A stretch of DNA of 44,008 nt from a virus: IMG/VR virus record IMGVR_UViG_3300034140_000006, positions 1 through 44,008 of that record; one strand, given 5' to 3'. Position 1 is the first letter of the stretch. Each line of letters starts with the position of its first letter. Made by a program: the position numbers and the translations under genes. Shown here in pieces: positions 1-6,717 of this stretch. The notes under the pieces are model-generated. The model was given only the letters and a program-made list of their open reading frames with translations. It was not told the DNA's origin and did no database searches.

Positions 1-127
1 AAATTATTATTAATTACCTCGCATTATCACTTTTGTTACCCGAATTGTTACCCGATTTCTATTTCAGATGAACGCCACCATTCAGGTTGAGCTAAAACTG
101 CCAGCAAAAGCAGATGGCACACGTACA
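1..127. repeat. Terminal direct repeat, copy 1 (identical to 43882..44008)
   Basis: Direct comparison of the first and last lines of the window. The repeat includes the first 60 nt of the integrase ORF, so it is an overlap of a circular molecule rather than a biological terminal repeat. Confidence 0.9.
33..55 (+). promoter_or_regulatory. Tandem 11-bp direct repeat TTGTTACCCGA x2 (33..43 and 45..55), just upstream of the int start
   Basis: Read directly. Period is 12 bp and the repeat ends 12 nt before the int ATG. Candidate binding sites for a recombination-directionality or regulatory protein. Confidence 0.5.
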
Positions 128-1282
128 ATTTATATCCGAATCACCCAAAATCGAAAACACTGGCGCGTACCAGTGGGTTACTCCATCGAAGCAAAACACT
201 GGAATTCGGCAGCAGAATTTGACAAGAAAGTTAAAAGCTCCCATCCACTCCACAAAGTCATTAACGCAGCCATTCAGCAAAAATATTTAGAAGCAAAATC
301 AGAGCTTTTGAAAAGTAAAGTCAATCAAAACGCCCTTACACCAGCACTACTGCAAAGGGAACTAACCGGCCAAAACTCACAATCGTTTTTTGCTTTTTCT
401 GACATTATTGCAGCCCGGATTCGGCAAAAGAATTTCAACACATTCGAGCAGTACCAGACCGCACTCAACAAACTAAAAAAATACCTAAAAAACAAAGACC
501 TTTCTTTCGATGATCTGACCGTGCCTTTTTTAAAGTCTTACCAGGCTTACCTGCAGGGACTAGGAAACAACCAAACAACCGTATATAATTCTTTCAAGGT
601 GATCCGGGCGGTTTATTACCACGCCATACAGGACGAACTAGTGTCACAAGATAAAAACCCATTCTTTAGATTCCGGTTTTCGGCTGGGAAAGCGAACCGT
701 ACAAAACTAACTCAGGAAGAGATTGGACGAATTGAAGCATTAGAGTTAGAGAGGAACACACCCATCTGGCACGCACGAAATTACTTTCTATTTTCCTTCT
801 ACTGCGCAGGTATGCGCGTACGTGATGTATTACAGTTGAAATGGGTTAATGTGCGGAACGGCAGGATTGACTACGCAATGAGCAAAACCGGCGTGGCAAA
901 ATCAATTAAATTAATTGACAGAGCAGAAACGATACTTTCCTATTATCGTCCAGAAAAAATAACGATGACTCACTGGATCTTCCCGGCACTTAGCAACACA
1001 CGCGAGTACAATGATCAGTTGCTGAGGATGCATATTCGCAGTGTAGTTCCACGAATAAACAAGTGGTTGAAGGTGGTTGCAGAAAGAGCCGGCATCAATA
1101 AGCCCATATCCATGCACGTTTCCAGGCACTCAATGGCAGACATTGCTCGGACTAAAGGAGTAGACCTATATAATATAAGCAAGCTGTTGGGGCACTCTTC
1201 ATTGAAGATCACAGAAGCATACCTGAAAAATGATGACGAAAAATCAAGAGATTCTGCGATGGATAATATTTATAATAGCTAG
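68..1282 (+). CDS. int: Tyrosine integrase (Bacteroidota-type site-specific recombinase)
   Basis: 404 aa. N-terminal arm-type domain plus SAM-like core. Catalytic-box motifs AGMRVRD (R), HVSRHSMA (H-x-x-R) and LLGHSSLKITEAYL (H...Y). Confidence 0.95.
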   Translation: MNATIQVELKLPAKADGTRTIYIRITQNRKHWRVPVGYSIEAKHWNSAAEFDKKVKSSHPLHKVINAAIQQKYLEAKSELLKSKVNQNALTPALLQRELTGQNSQSFFAFSDIIAARIRQKNFNTFEQYQTALNKLKKYLKNKDLSFDDLTVPFLKSYQAYLQGLGNNQTTVYNSFKVIRAVYYHAIQDELVSQDKNPFFRFRFSAGKANRTKLTQEEIGRIEALELERNTPIWHARNYFLFSFYCAGMRVRDVLQLKWVNVRNGRIDYAMSKTGVAKSIKLIDRAETILSYYRPEKITMTHWIFPALSNTREYNDQLLRMHIRSVVPRINKWLKVVAERAGINKPISMHVSRHSMADIARTKGVDLYNISKLLGHSSLKITEAYLKNDDEKSRDSAMDNIYNS

Positions 1283-1315
1283 AGGCAGACACGCAAAACA
1301 AGGATTGAAACGCGC

Positions 1316-2818
1316 CTAATGTGCTGCCTGCATCTGAGGTTGTGGCAAGAATTTAATACACAACTCCCAGATGTGTTCGTAGGGAATGATCTCAATCTCG
1401 GTGTAGGCATCGCCCTCAGTGGGCAAGGAAGCCAGTTTATCCGAAAGGTATTGGCAGCGACGACGCATCTGATTCGGATCAAGATAGTAATTTTGGGATA
1501 GGGCGCGAAAAAGCTTGAAGAGCGTGCGCACGCGATCACTGAAGGAGGATTTCAAGTGTTTCACTATGTATTCATTAAGGGCATCGACTCGGTACATCAA
1601 CGAATCCATATCCTGTTTCTTCAGGAAGTAGAGGAACTGCAATACTAAGATAGCTACGTTTAAACCGGCCTTGTCCTTCCGGTAGTGAGGCAGTTGGGAA
1701 ACTAACTGGTTAAAGTCAAACTTGCGATCCACTTTCGGGGGGGGTAGCAGAAAGTGCAGGTAGGCCCGGTAGAGTGTCCATCGTTCTTGAGCTAGGGGAG
1801 AAATCTTGTGCCGATACGGATTTAATAATACGCTGGTCAGCAGGTGCTGGGCCAGGTCGTAGTTTTTCATGTGGAGAGCAAGCAGTACGTAGTTTTCCAT
1901 ATATGGAAACCAATGCCAATCCGATTCATCGAATGACTCCAGGTGCGCTTCAGCGTATTGAAGTCCGGCCTCGTACTGTTTGGTACGCAGGTATGCGTAC
2001 ACTTTTATGTAGCGGTTGTAGCGATGGTCAAAGCATTGTTCATTTATAAGCCCCTTCCCACAAAAGTCAACCGCTTGGTCAGTCAATTGAATAATTTCTT
2101 CAAAATTGTTGGTCAACTCCAAATACCAGATGTGTAATTTATAGTATTGCTCGAAAACTCCAAATGATTGGGTTAGCTGCCACAGCTCTTGCAGCCTTTT
2201 AACTGCTGCCATGACTTCTTGCAATAATTCTTGTCGTTGTTTAACAGACTGGTTCAGGCGTAGTTTCAGACCTAAGAATAAATGATTGGCTTCCTGTTCA
2301 TATTGAGCCATTTTTTGGTAGTGCTGAACCTTTTCCAGGTTTTTCTGATAGAGAACTGGCTTGTGTTGCTGCACGTAGAGGTATTGCAACGCTTCCAAAC
2401 CAGAGAGCAAAAATGAATTAAAGCCAGCTTTGGTAGATAAATCCACCAGTTTACAAGCCAGCTTTTCGGCATATTCGGCGCACCCCTTCGCCTGGAGCAC
2501 CTTGATTAAGTGAAACAATCGCCGGCACTCGTGCTCCAGTGCATTAGCCGGGTGGTTGCCAGGCTTTGCGAAATCCACAAAAAAAAGATTATTCAACAGC
2601 TTTCTCTTCAAACGCTTTTTCAGTGTCAGATAACGAAAGTCAGATTGATTTGTGCCATATATCGCCGCCGCTGCCTGTTCATCATTTTCGAAAGACCCCT
2701 CCACAATGCCTTTTAGATAGGTCAGCTCCTTACCCTGCTTTGATTTAAGCGAAATTAACGGGAGTGGCTGCTGCATGTCATCGGTCATGATATTAGCTAG
2801 CACCTTTAATTCTTTCAT
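1316..2818 (-). CDS. Helical-repeat (TPR-like) protein with HTH-like N-terminus; function unknown
   Basis: 500-aa ORF with ATG at 2818, convergent with int across a 33-nt gap. Leu/Lys/Gln/Tyr-rich with helix-pair-like segments (YEAGLQYAEAHL, NYDLAQHLLTSVL). The N-terminal stretch AAAAIYGTNQSDFRYLTLKKRLKRKL looks like an HTH. No catalytic motif recognised. Confidence 0.7.
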   Translation of the reverse strand: MKELKVLANIMTDDMQQPLPLISLKSKQGKELTYLKGIVEGSFENDEQAAAAIYGTNQSDFRYLTLKKRLKRKLLNNLFFVDFAKPGNHPANALEHECRRLFHLIKVLQAKGCAEYAEKLACKLVDLSTKAGFNSFLLSGLEALQYLYVQQHKPVLYQKNLEKVQHYQKMAQYEQEANHLFLGLKLRLNQSVKQRQELLQEVMAAVKRLQELWQLTQSFGVFEQYYKLHIWYLELTNNFEEIIQLTDQAVDFCGKGLINEQCFDHRYNRYIKVYAYLRTKQYEAGLQYAEAHLESFDESDWHWFPYMENYVLLALHMKNYDLAQHLLTSVLLNPYRHKISPLAQERWTLYRAYLHFLLPPPKVDRKFDFNQLVSQLPHYRKDKAGLNVAILVLQFLYFLKKQDMDSLMYRVDALNEYIVKHLKSSFSDRVRTLFKLFRALSQNYYLDPNQMRRRCQYLSDKLASLPTEGDAYTEIEIIPYEHIWELCIKFLPQPQMQAAH

Positions 2819-2962
2819 ATAGGTTTTATTCGTTTGCTTTCTATCCTCACATATATATATCTGCTAAACAGCTGATAAAAAAACAGTTAAAAATACGTGC
2901 ATCCGCTTAACGCTCATTATTCGAAGGTCATGCAAATGGCGAAAGGCTCTTTATTTTTCTAG

Positions 2963-3012
2963 TGCCATAATGATACTTTAGTCACACTAAACTAACTCAT
3001 ATCATTATGGCA
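2963..3012. promoter_or_regulatory. Perfect 13-bp inverted repeat (tgccataatgata / tatcattatggca) with a 24-nt spacer, enclosing the ATG of the 44-aa ORF
   Basis: Arms 2963..2975 and 3000..3012 are exact reverse complements. The 3' arm contains ATG 3007..3009. Confidence 0.6.
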
Positions 3013-3141
3013 ACTCTATTATTAACCCTACTCCTTTATTTTACCGCTCCCCTTACAGACCCCGATCAGAACTCAGCGCCTACGCCCAACACTACCTTTC
3101 AAACGAATGGAGGAACAGGTGCATGGAGTGAAAAACTTTAG
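3007..3141 (+). CDS. Unannotated 44-aa ORF, pre-peptide-like (hydrophobic N-terminus, polar tail)
   Basis: ATG 3007 and TAG 3139..3141. Sequence MATLLLTLLLYFTAPLTDPDQNSAPTPNTTFQTNGGTGAWSEKL. Below the ORF-track cutoff. Divergent from the 500-aa gene and followed by a strong terminator. Coding status is unproven. Confidence 0.3.
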   Translation: MATLLLTLLLYFTAPLTDPDQNSAPTPNTTFQTNGGTGAWSEKL

Positions 3142-3211
3142 TATGGGGACACATTTGTAATAATGGCATAATGTTTTCCTACAGGAAAGGAAATTATTGA
3201 GCACAATGTAA

Positions 3212-3226
3212 CATGTAAATTACATG
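3212..3226. promoter_or_regulatory. Palindrome CATGTAA-a-TTACATG
   Basis: 7-bp arms read directly. Lies between the 44-aa ORF and the terminator. Confidence 0.35.
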
Positions 3227-3238
3227 CTATTACTAAGG

Positions 3239-3280
3239 ACACAAATGGCCTCTTAGAAATAAGGAGGCCATTTGTGTTTT
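3239..3280 (+). terminator. Rho-independent terminator (+ strand)
   Basis: Perfect 14-bp stem (acacaaatggcctc / gaggccatttgtgt), 11-nt loop, then a short T run. Confidence 0.8.
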
Positions 3281-3397
3281 AGAGTTTATAAAAAATACGC
3301 TTATATAATCAAAAAAATAACATATAGTTTGCAGCAAGGTGGTTAAAAGATCTTGCGAGTTGCAAAAGTGCGGACAGTTGTCTTTCTTAGCGGCCCA

Positions 3398-3520
3398 ATG
3401 ATCCGTCGCGCCGTTTCGCGTTCCCTCCACGGCGGGGGCTGGGAGCCGCCCGGGTGGTTGCTGGTGATCGTGTGGGGAGTGATACTGTACGGTGTGCTGA
3501 AGGGGTGCGATGTGGTGTAG
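3398..3520 (+). CDS. Possible 40-aa single-pass membrane peptide inside a G+C-rich patch
   Basis: ATG 3398 and TAG 3518..3520. Sequence MIRRAVSRSLHGGGWEPPGWLLVIVWGVILYGVLKGCDVV (basic N-terminus plus a hydrophobic helix). May be a chance ORF in a G-rich tract. Confidence 0.2.
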   Translation: MIRRAVSRSLHGGGWEPPGWLLVIVWGVILYGVLKGCDVV

Positions 3521-3558
3521 TTGCAGGCAATACCCGAAGGTGCAATTGAGAGTGGGGG

Positions 3559-3870
3559 TTAAGCTAATAACCCGTGGTGTGCAATGTAGTTGAACTTAGC
3601 AAGGGACTTTAAGAGGCCAAAAAACTGTTTTGCTGTCACGTAATGCGTCTTGTCGATGGTTTTACCGCCGTAAACAAAATTATGGTTCTCGTCCTTCTCC
3701 ACCATCAAAAGCCCATATCCTTCATCGTTAGCGATTTCTACACGATCACCAGCCTCATTCAAGCGATGGTACTCCAGCGTGTTTCCAGACATTACCGCTT
3801 CTATTGTAGTCTTTTTGCCATCAAGCACTTCCGTAAACTTTGCGATGCTCTTTCCTTCGATATTTCCCAT
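3559..3870 (-). CDS. Hypothetical protein (103 aa)
   Basis: ATG at 3870. Last gene of a minus-strand two-gene cassette. No motif recognised. Confidence 0.6.
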   Translation of the reverse strand: MGNIEGKSIAKFTEVLDGKKTTIEAVMSGNTLEYHRLNEAGDRVEIANDEGYGLLMVEKDENHNFVYGGKTIDKTHYVTAKQFFGLLKSLAKFNYIAHHGLLA

Positions 3871-3906
3871 ATTTAATAGTATTTATGTGTATGATATAAT
3901 TTGAGA

Positions 3907-4122
3907 TTAAAGCACTTTACTGACGATTTGCTTTCCTGGGTAAATAGCAGAAAAATAATTGATCACATCTTGATCAGTATCACCAGGCAATGCAGGCGTT
4001 TCTCCTTTGTCAAGAACTTTAATCGTTCTCATTATCTGTCCAGGCTCCTGCTCGCAAAGTGAAGCCTTGAACTTAATTGTGTTATCTCTTCTCCATTCCC
4101 CATTGATGATTACCTTTTCCAT
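3907..4122 (-). CDS. Hypothetical small protein (71 aa)
   Basis: ATG at 4122 preceded by the leader ACTACGACG. The palindromic element lies about 35 nt upstream. Confidence 0.6.
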   Translation of the reverse strand: MEKVIINGEWRRDNTIKFKASLCEQEPGQIMRTIKVLDKGETPALPGDTDQDVINYFSAIYPGKQIVSKVL

Positions 4123-4155
4123 CGTCGTAGTGTTAGTGTGAATGATGTGTTAAAT

Positions 4156-4181
4156 TTCGTACATATATACGTACGAAGCAA
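4156..4181 (-). promoter_or_regulatory. 26-bp promoter/operator element ttcgtacatatatacgtacgaagcaa, copy 1
   Basis: Identical to 5067..5092. Inverted repeat TTCGTAC-N8-GTACGAA around a TATATATG box (TAnnTTTG-like on the minus strand). Confidence 0.6.
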
Positions 4182-4205
4182 GAGAAGTAACCGATATTTT
4201 GAAAA

Positions 4206-4460
4206 TTATTTTTGTGCTGCCAATTCTGCGTTTTTATCGTAGCCAAGCCGTTCGCATTCAGCCGTCAGCGGTTCTAGATAACGGGCAGGCAGTTTCTTGG
4301 GTTTGCCGTGGTCGTGGGTTTCATTCACCCAGTGCAGTAGCGCGCTATAGTTAATCTCTACCTTCTGTGCCAGCCGACGAAAGGAGATACGACGAATGGA
4401 GATATCCCCCTTCATCGAGACTAGCCACAGGCGTAAGTGTTCGGTTTGTTCTATTTCCAT
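4206..4460 (-). CDS. Small HTH DNA-binding protein (84 aa), candidate cassette regulator
   Basis: ISFRRLAQKVEINYSALLHWVNE reads as helix-turn-helix. Last gene of a three-gene cassette. Confidence 0.55.
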   Translation of the reverse strand: MEIEQTEHLRLWLVSMKGDISIRRISFRRLAQKVEINYSALLHWVNETHDHGKPKKLPARYLEPLTAECERLGYDKNAELAAQK

Positions 4461-4524
4461 AAGGTTGTTTTCAATTTTTCAATTCCGTGCCCCGGAGGGC
4501 GGTACGATTAGGGGGTATCTACTA

Positions 4525-4743
4525 TTATTCTACTTTGTACTTGATTTTTTTTACGCCTGCCTCTTCTTTAAGGTCTTTCAACAACTCTTTTAGGCTCGTA
4601 TTTCGACCGTGCGTATAACTCATCACAGCGTGTGCGTTTTCAGCGGATATTTCTTCTATTGAAACAGGAAACTCTATACCGTTGTCGCTATAATCCCTTA
4701 CATTTTGCCAGCCCTGGCAGCAATACATCTTTACCGTTCTCAT
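4525..4743 (-). CDS. Hypothetical small protein (72 aa)
   Basis: ATG at 4743 preceded by the leader ACTACGACA. Confidence 0.55.
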   Translation of the reverse strand: MRTVKMYCCQGWQNVRDYSDNGIEFPVSIEEISAENAHAVMSYTHGRNTSLKELLKDLKEEAGVKKIKYKVE

Positions 4744-4781
4744 TGTCGTAGTTATTTAGTGATGAACTGATGAATCAAAGG

Positions 4782-5036
4782 TTAGTGAATCTGATAAGGA
4801 AGATTTTTTGCCCGCAAGTACGAAGTAACAGCATTAACAGCTTCCTCTTCAGTTTTAAAAACTTCATCTACTGTCGGAGCGTAGTTGCCTTCAATTTTGC
4901 CCAAAAAATTTAACACGTTAAGGCTGACACGTCCGTAATCGTCATCAATGCATACGAGTCCTCTTTTAGAGGTAGAAACAGTAATTACGTTTTGCAAAGA
5001 GGTGTTTGCGAGCGCTAAAGTAGTAATAGTTGTCAT
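4782..5036 (-). CDS. Hypothetical small protein (84 aa, trimmed start)
   Basis: The track ORF runs to 5105, but that extension would cover the promoter element. The internal ATG at 5036 has the same ACTACGACG leader as the gene at 4122. Confidence 0.55.
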   Translation of the reverse strand: MTTITTLALANTSLQNVITVSTSKRGLVCIDDDYGRVSLNVLNFLGKIEGNYAPTVDEVFKTEEEAVNAVTSYLRAKNLPYQIH

Positions 5037-5066
5037 CGTCGTAGTCGTTTTAATTGTTATGCCAAG

Positions 5067-5092
5067 TTCGTACATATATACGTACGAAGCAA
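5067..5092 (-). promoter_or_regulatory. 26-bp promoter/operator element, copy 2
   Basis: Exact copy of 4156..4181, about 30 nt upstream of ATG 5036. The flanks are also similar for about 20 more nt. Confidence 0.6.
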
Positions 5093-5140
5093 ATAAGGTG
5101 ACCATTATTTTTCAACTTTCTGCAAATTATTTTCAAGCAC

Positions 5141-5170
5141 AAAAAAGCCCGTCCTTTTCAGAGCGGGCTT
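5141..5170 (-). terminator. Rho-independent terminator (- strand)
   Basis: On the minus strand: aagcccg ... cgggctt stem followed by TTTTTT, directly after the stop at 5175. Confidence 0.7.
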
Positions 5171-5174
5171 AGAA

Positions 5175-5687
5175 CTACAGAGCACCTTTTACCCTGCACA
5201 TTTCCCAAACCCAATCAGGAATAGCCCTTTTGCCACCCTCCCAATCCGCTATGGTGCGGAATGTGTTAGGTGCGTTAGGAACCAGCCACTGATGAAACTC
5301 CGTCTGGCTGAGTCCTAGCTGTTTTCTTATTGACAGCAGACGGGCTGCATCATCCTGGCTTGCTTCCTCAACTAGTTCGGGTGCCCACATACAGCGCGCT
5401 AACTCACGTTTCGCTTCACTATCCACATCATCCCAACGATCCATATAATTGTAGAAGGACTCAAAACTAAACCCAAGGCCCTCGTTTTTCATAATCATTA
5501 GGATCTTATCCAAGATCGAACCTACCTCATCATAACGACGATCCAGCAATTCGTTAAAATAAGTTATGCGGATTTTTGCTGTAGCTTCTCCGCGATGGTG
5601 AACAAACCTTTTGAGGGCAGCCCCAAAGTCCACCTCCTTCCTGTCCTTTGGTGAGTTGTACTTAGTTAACCACATCGGACATCTCAT
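5175..5687 (-). CDS. Protein with a C-terminal XRE-type HTH (170 aa)
   Basis: C-terminus LLSIRKQLGLSQTEFHQWLV...TIADWEGGKRAIP is Cro/C1-like. N-terminal ~110 aa unassigned. An alternative ATG lies at 5675. Confidence 0.6.
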   Translation of the reverse strand: MRCPMWLTKYNSPKDRKEVDFGAALKRFVHHRGEATAKIRITYFNELLDRRYDEVGSILDKILMIMKNEGLGFSFESFYNYMDRWDDVDSEAKRELARCMWAPELVEEASQDDAARLLSIRKQLGLSQTEFHQWLVPNAPNTFRTIADWEGGKRAIPDWVWEMCRVKGAL

Positions 5688-5961
5688 TTAATCGTGACAA
5701 GCCTGATTCAAAAGCGAACTTCTTTTCTTCCCGACGCGCTATCTTGTTTTTATTATCAGACTGGCTTTTGTCAAACCAAGCTTGTACCCGACACACTTCA
5801 AAAACGCCTGAAGCAAGGTCACCTTCCCACGTATTTCTTTCCAATAGCCCTGAAGTTGTTCCATCACTGTAAACAGCAACTTGATAGTTGCTATTAACTG
5901 AATAACGCTCAACTTGATCTAAGGCATTTTCAATTGCGGACTTAAGTTCTTTTGCTTCCAT
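5662..5961 (-). CDS. Hypothetical protein (99 aa, trimmed start)
   Basis: The track start at 6021 is TTG and overlaps the palindrome. ATG 5961 (MEAKELKSAIE...) is preferred. Confidence 0.55.
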   Translation of the reverse strand: MEAKELKSAIENALDQVERYSVNSNYQVAVYSDGTTSGLLERNTWEGDLASGVFEVCRVQAWFDKSQSDNKNKIARREEKKFAFESGLSRLNEMSDVVN

Positions 5962-5993
5962 TGTTGTCTTGTTAGTGTGATTGATGATGTAAA

Positions 5994-6010
5994 TATACGC
6001 AATGCGTATA
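5994..6010. promoter_or_regulatory. 17-bp perfect palindrome TATACGCA-a-TGCGTATA upstream of ATG 5961
   Basis: Read directly. Overlaps a TATATTTA box on the minus strand. The half-site TGCGTA also occurs in the rep-gene iterons. Confidence 0.55.
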
Positions 6011-6051
6011 ATGCAAGTCAACCATTAGTTAATATTTATTTTTCGGAACAC

Positions 6052-6080
6052 AAAAAAGCCTGCACTATAAGCACAGGCTT
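6052..6080 (-). terminator. Rho-independent terminator (- strand)
   Basis: On the minus strand: aagcctg ... caggctt stem followed by TTTTTT, downstream of the stop at 6127. Confidence 0.7.
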
Positions 6081-6126
6081 TTCCCTTATTTCACTTCTTT
6101 ATCAAACTTAATAAACCAATTAACTA

Positions 6127-6375
6127 TCATTCAATCCTTCCTTCTTCGTCCAGTTCCTTAGGAGGGGCACCAGTCCGATCGGCATCTTTGCTTGCAATAT
6201 GCCCCAAGCCTGTTGCCAACGCAGTCAGCAGGGCCCCAATTTTCGCAGCCTGATCTTCTGTAATCACTCCAAACACTGCCAGAGCGCCTGTGAAAAAGAC
6301 GATGAACAGGATAATAACGCCCACAGAGGTCGTTTTAATCGAGTTGAGGAAGGGGTTTTTTGAGAGCTTTGCCAT
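6127..6375 (-). CDS. Holin-like small membrane protein (82 aa, trimmed start)
   Basis: From ATG 6375: two hydrophobic helices (VGVIILFIVFFTGALAVFGVI and IGALLTALATGLGHIA) and a charged C-terminal tail. Sits at the end of the lysis region. Confidence 0.5.
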   Translation of the reverse strand: MAKLSKNPFLNSIKTTSVGVIILFIVFFTGALAVFGVITEDQAAKIGALLTALATGLGHIASKDADRTGAPPKELDEEGRIE

Positions 6376-6717
6376 ATTATTTGTATATTTATGTATCAGT
6401 GCGCACAATCCAACGGAGGAAAGCCGAAAGGTGAAGGACACTCAAAAGGGATTCAGGAGGCAAAGACTTAGAAAGCCCTGACCACTGTAAGCTTAGATAG
6501 TGCCGGAACGCCTCTTTACAATGCGTACCCCTCGACCTGAATTGACAGGTATCGCCGGATTGATCATCCGGAATCGGCCTTTTCTTCTCCCTTGCCACTT
6601 GGAAGGGCTGAATCAGAAAACGTCTGGACAAAGAATCCGGGCGTTTTTTGCTTCCATAGTTAAATTCAGCCTCCTTAACTTAACTAGCCACTTCTTTAGT
6701 TAAGGCCAGCGACATTT

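Noticed and set aside
3233-3430. 65-aa minus-strand ORF in the int-proximal gap
   Set aside because: It runs straight through the 14-bp-stem terminator hairpin, has no sensible start context, and its composition looks random.
4782-6441. Longer track versions of several small genes (4782..5105, 5662..6021, 6127..6441; also 42722..43066, 42963..43220, 42383..42676, 36581..37015)
   Set aside because: The extensions either begin at TTG or GTG, or run across promoter palindromes or neighbouring genes. Internal ATGs give compact, non-overlapping or ATGA-coupled arrangements.
6555-6571. tRNA-like anticodon stem-loop (ccgga-ttgatca-tccgg, GAU anticodon position)
   Set aside because: No T arm (GTTCGA-type), D arm or acceptor stem can be drawn in the flanks, and position 37 would be a pyrimidine. 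It is not a tRNA. No tRNA was found elsewhere by eye.
6389-6703. ORFs 6389..6631 (minus) and 6500..6703 (+) in the lysis-region gap
   Set aside because: They overlap each other on opposite strands. At least one (6500, GTG) starts at a non-ATG codon. Both are Arg/Ser/Leu-rich without features. The region is treated as non-coding.
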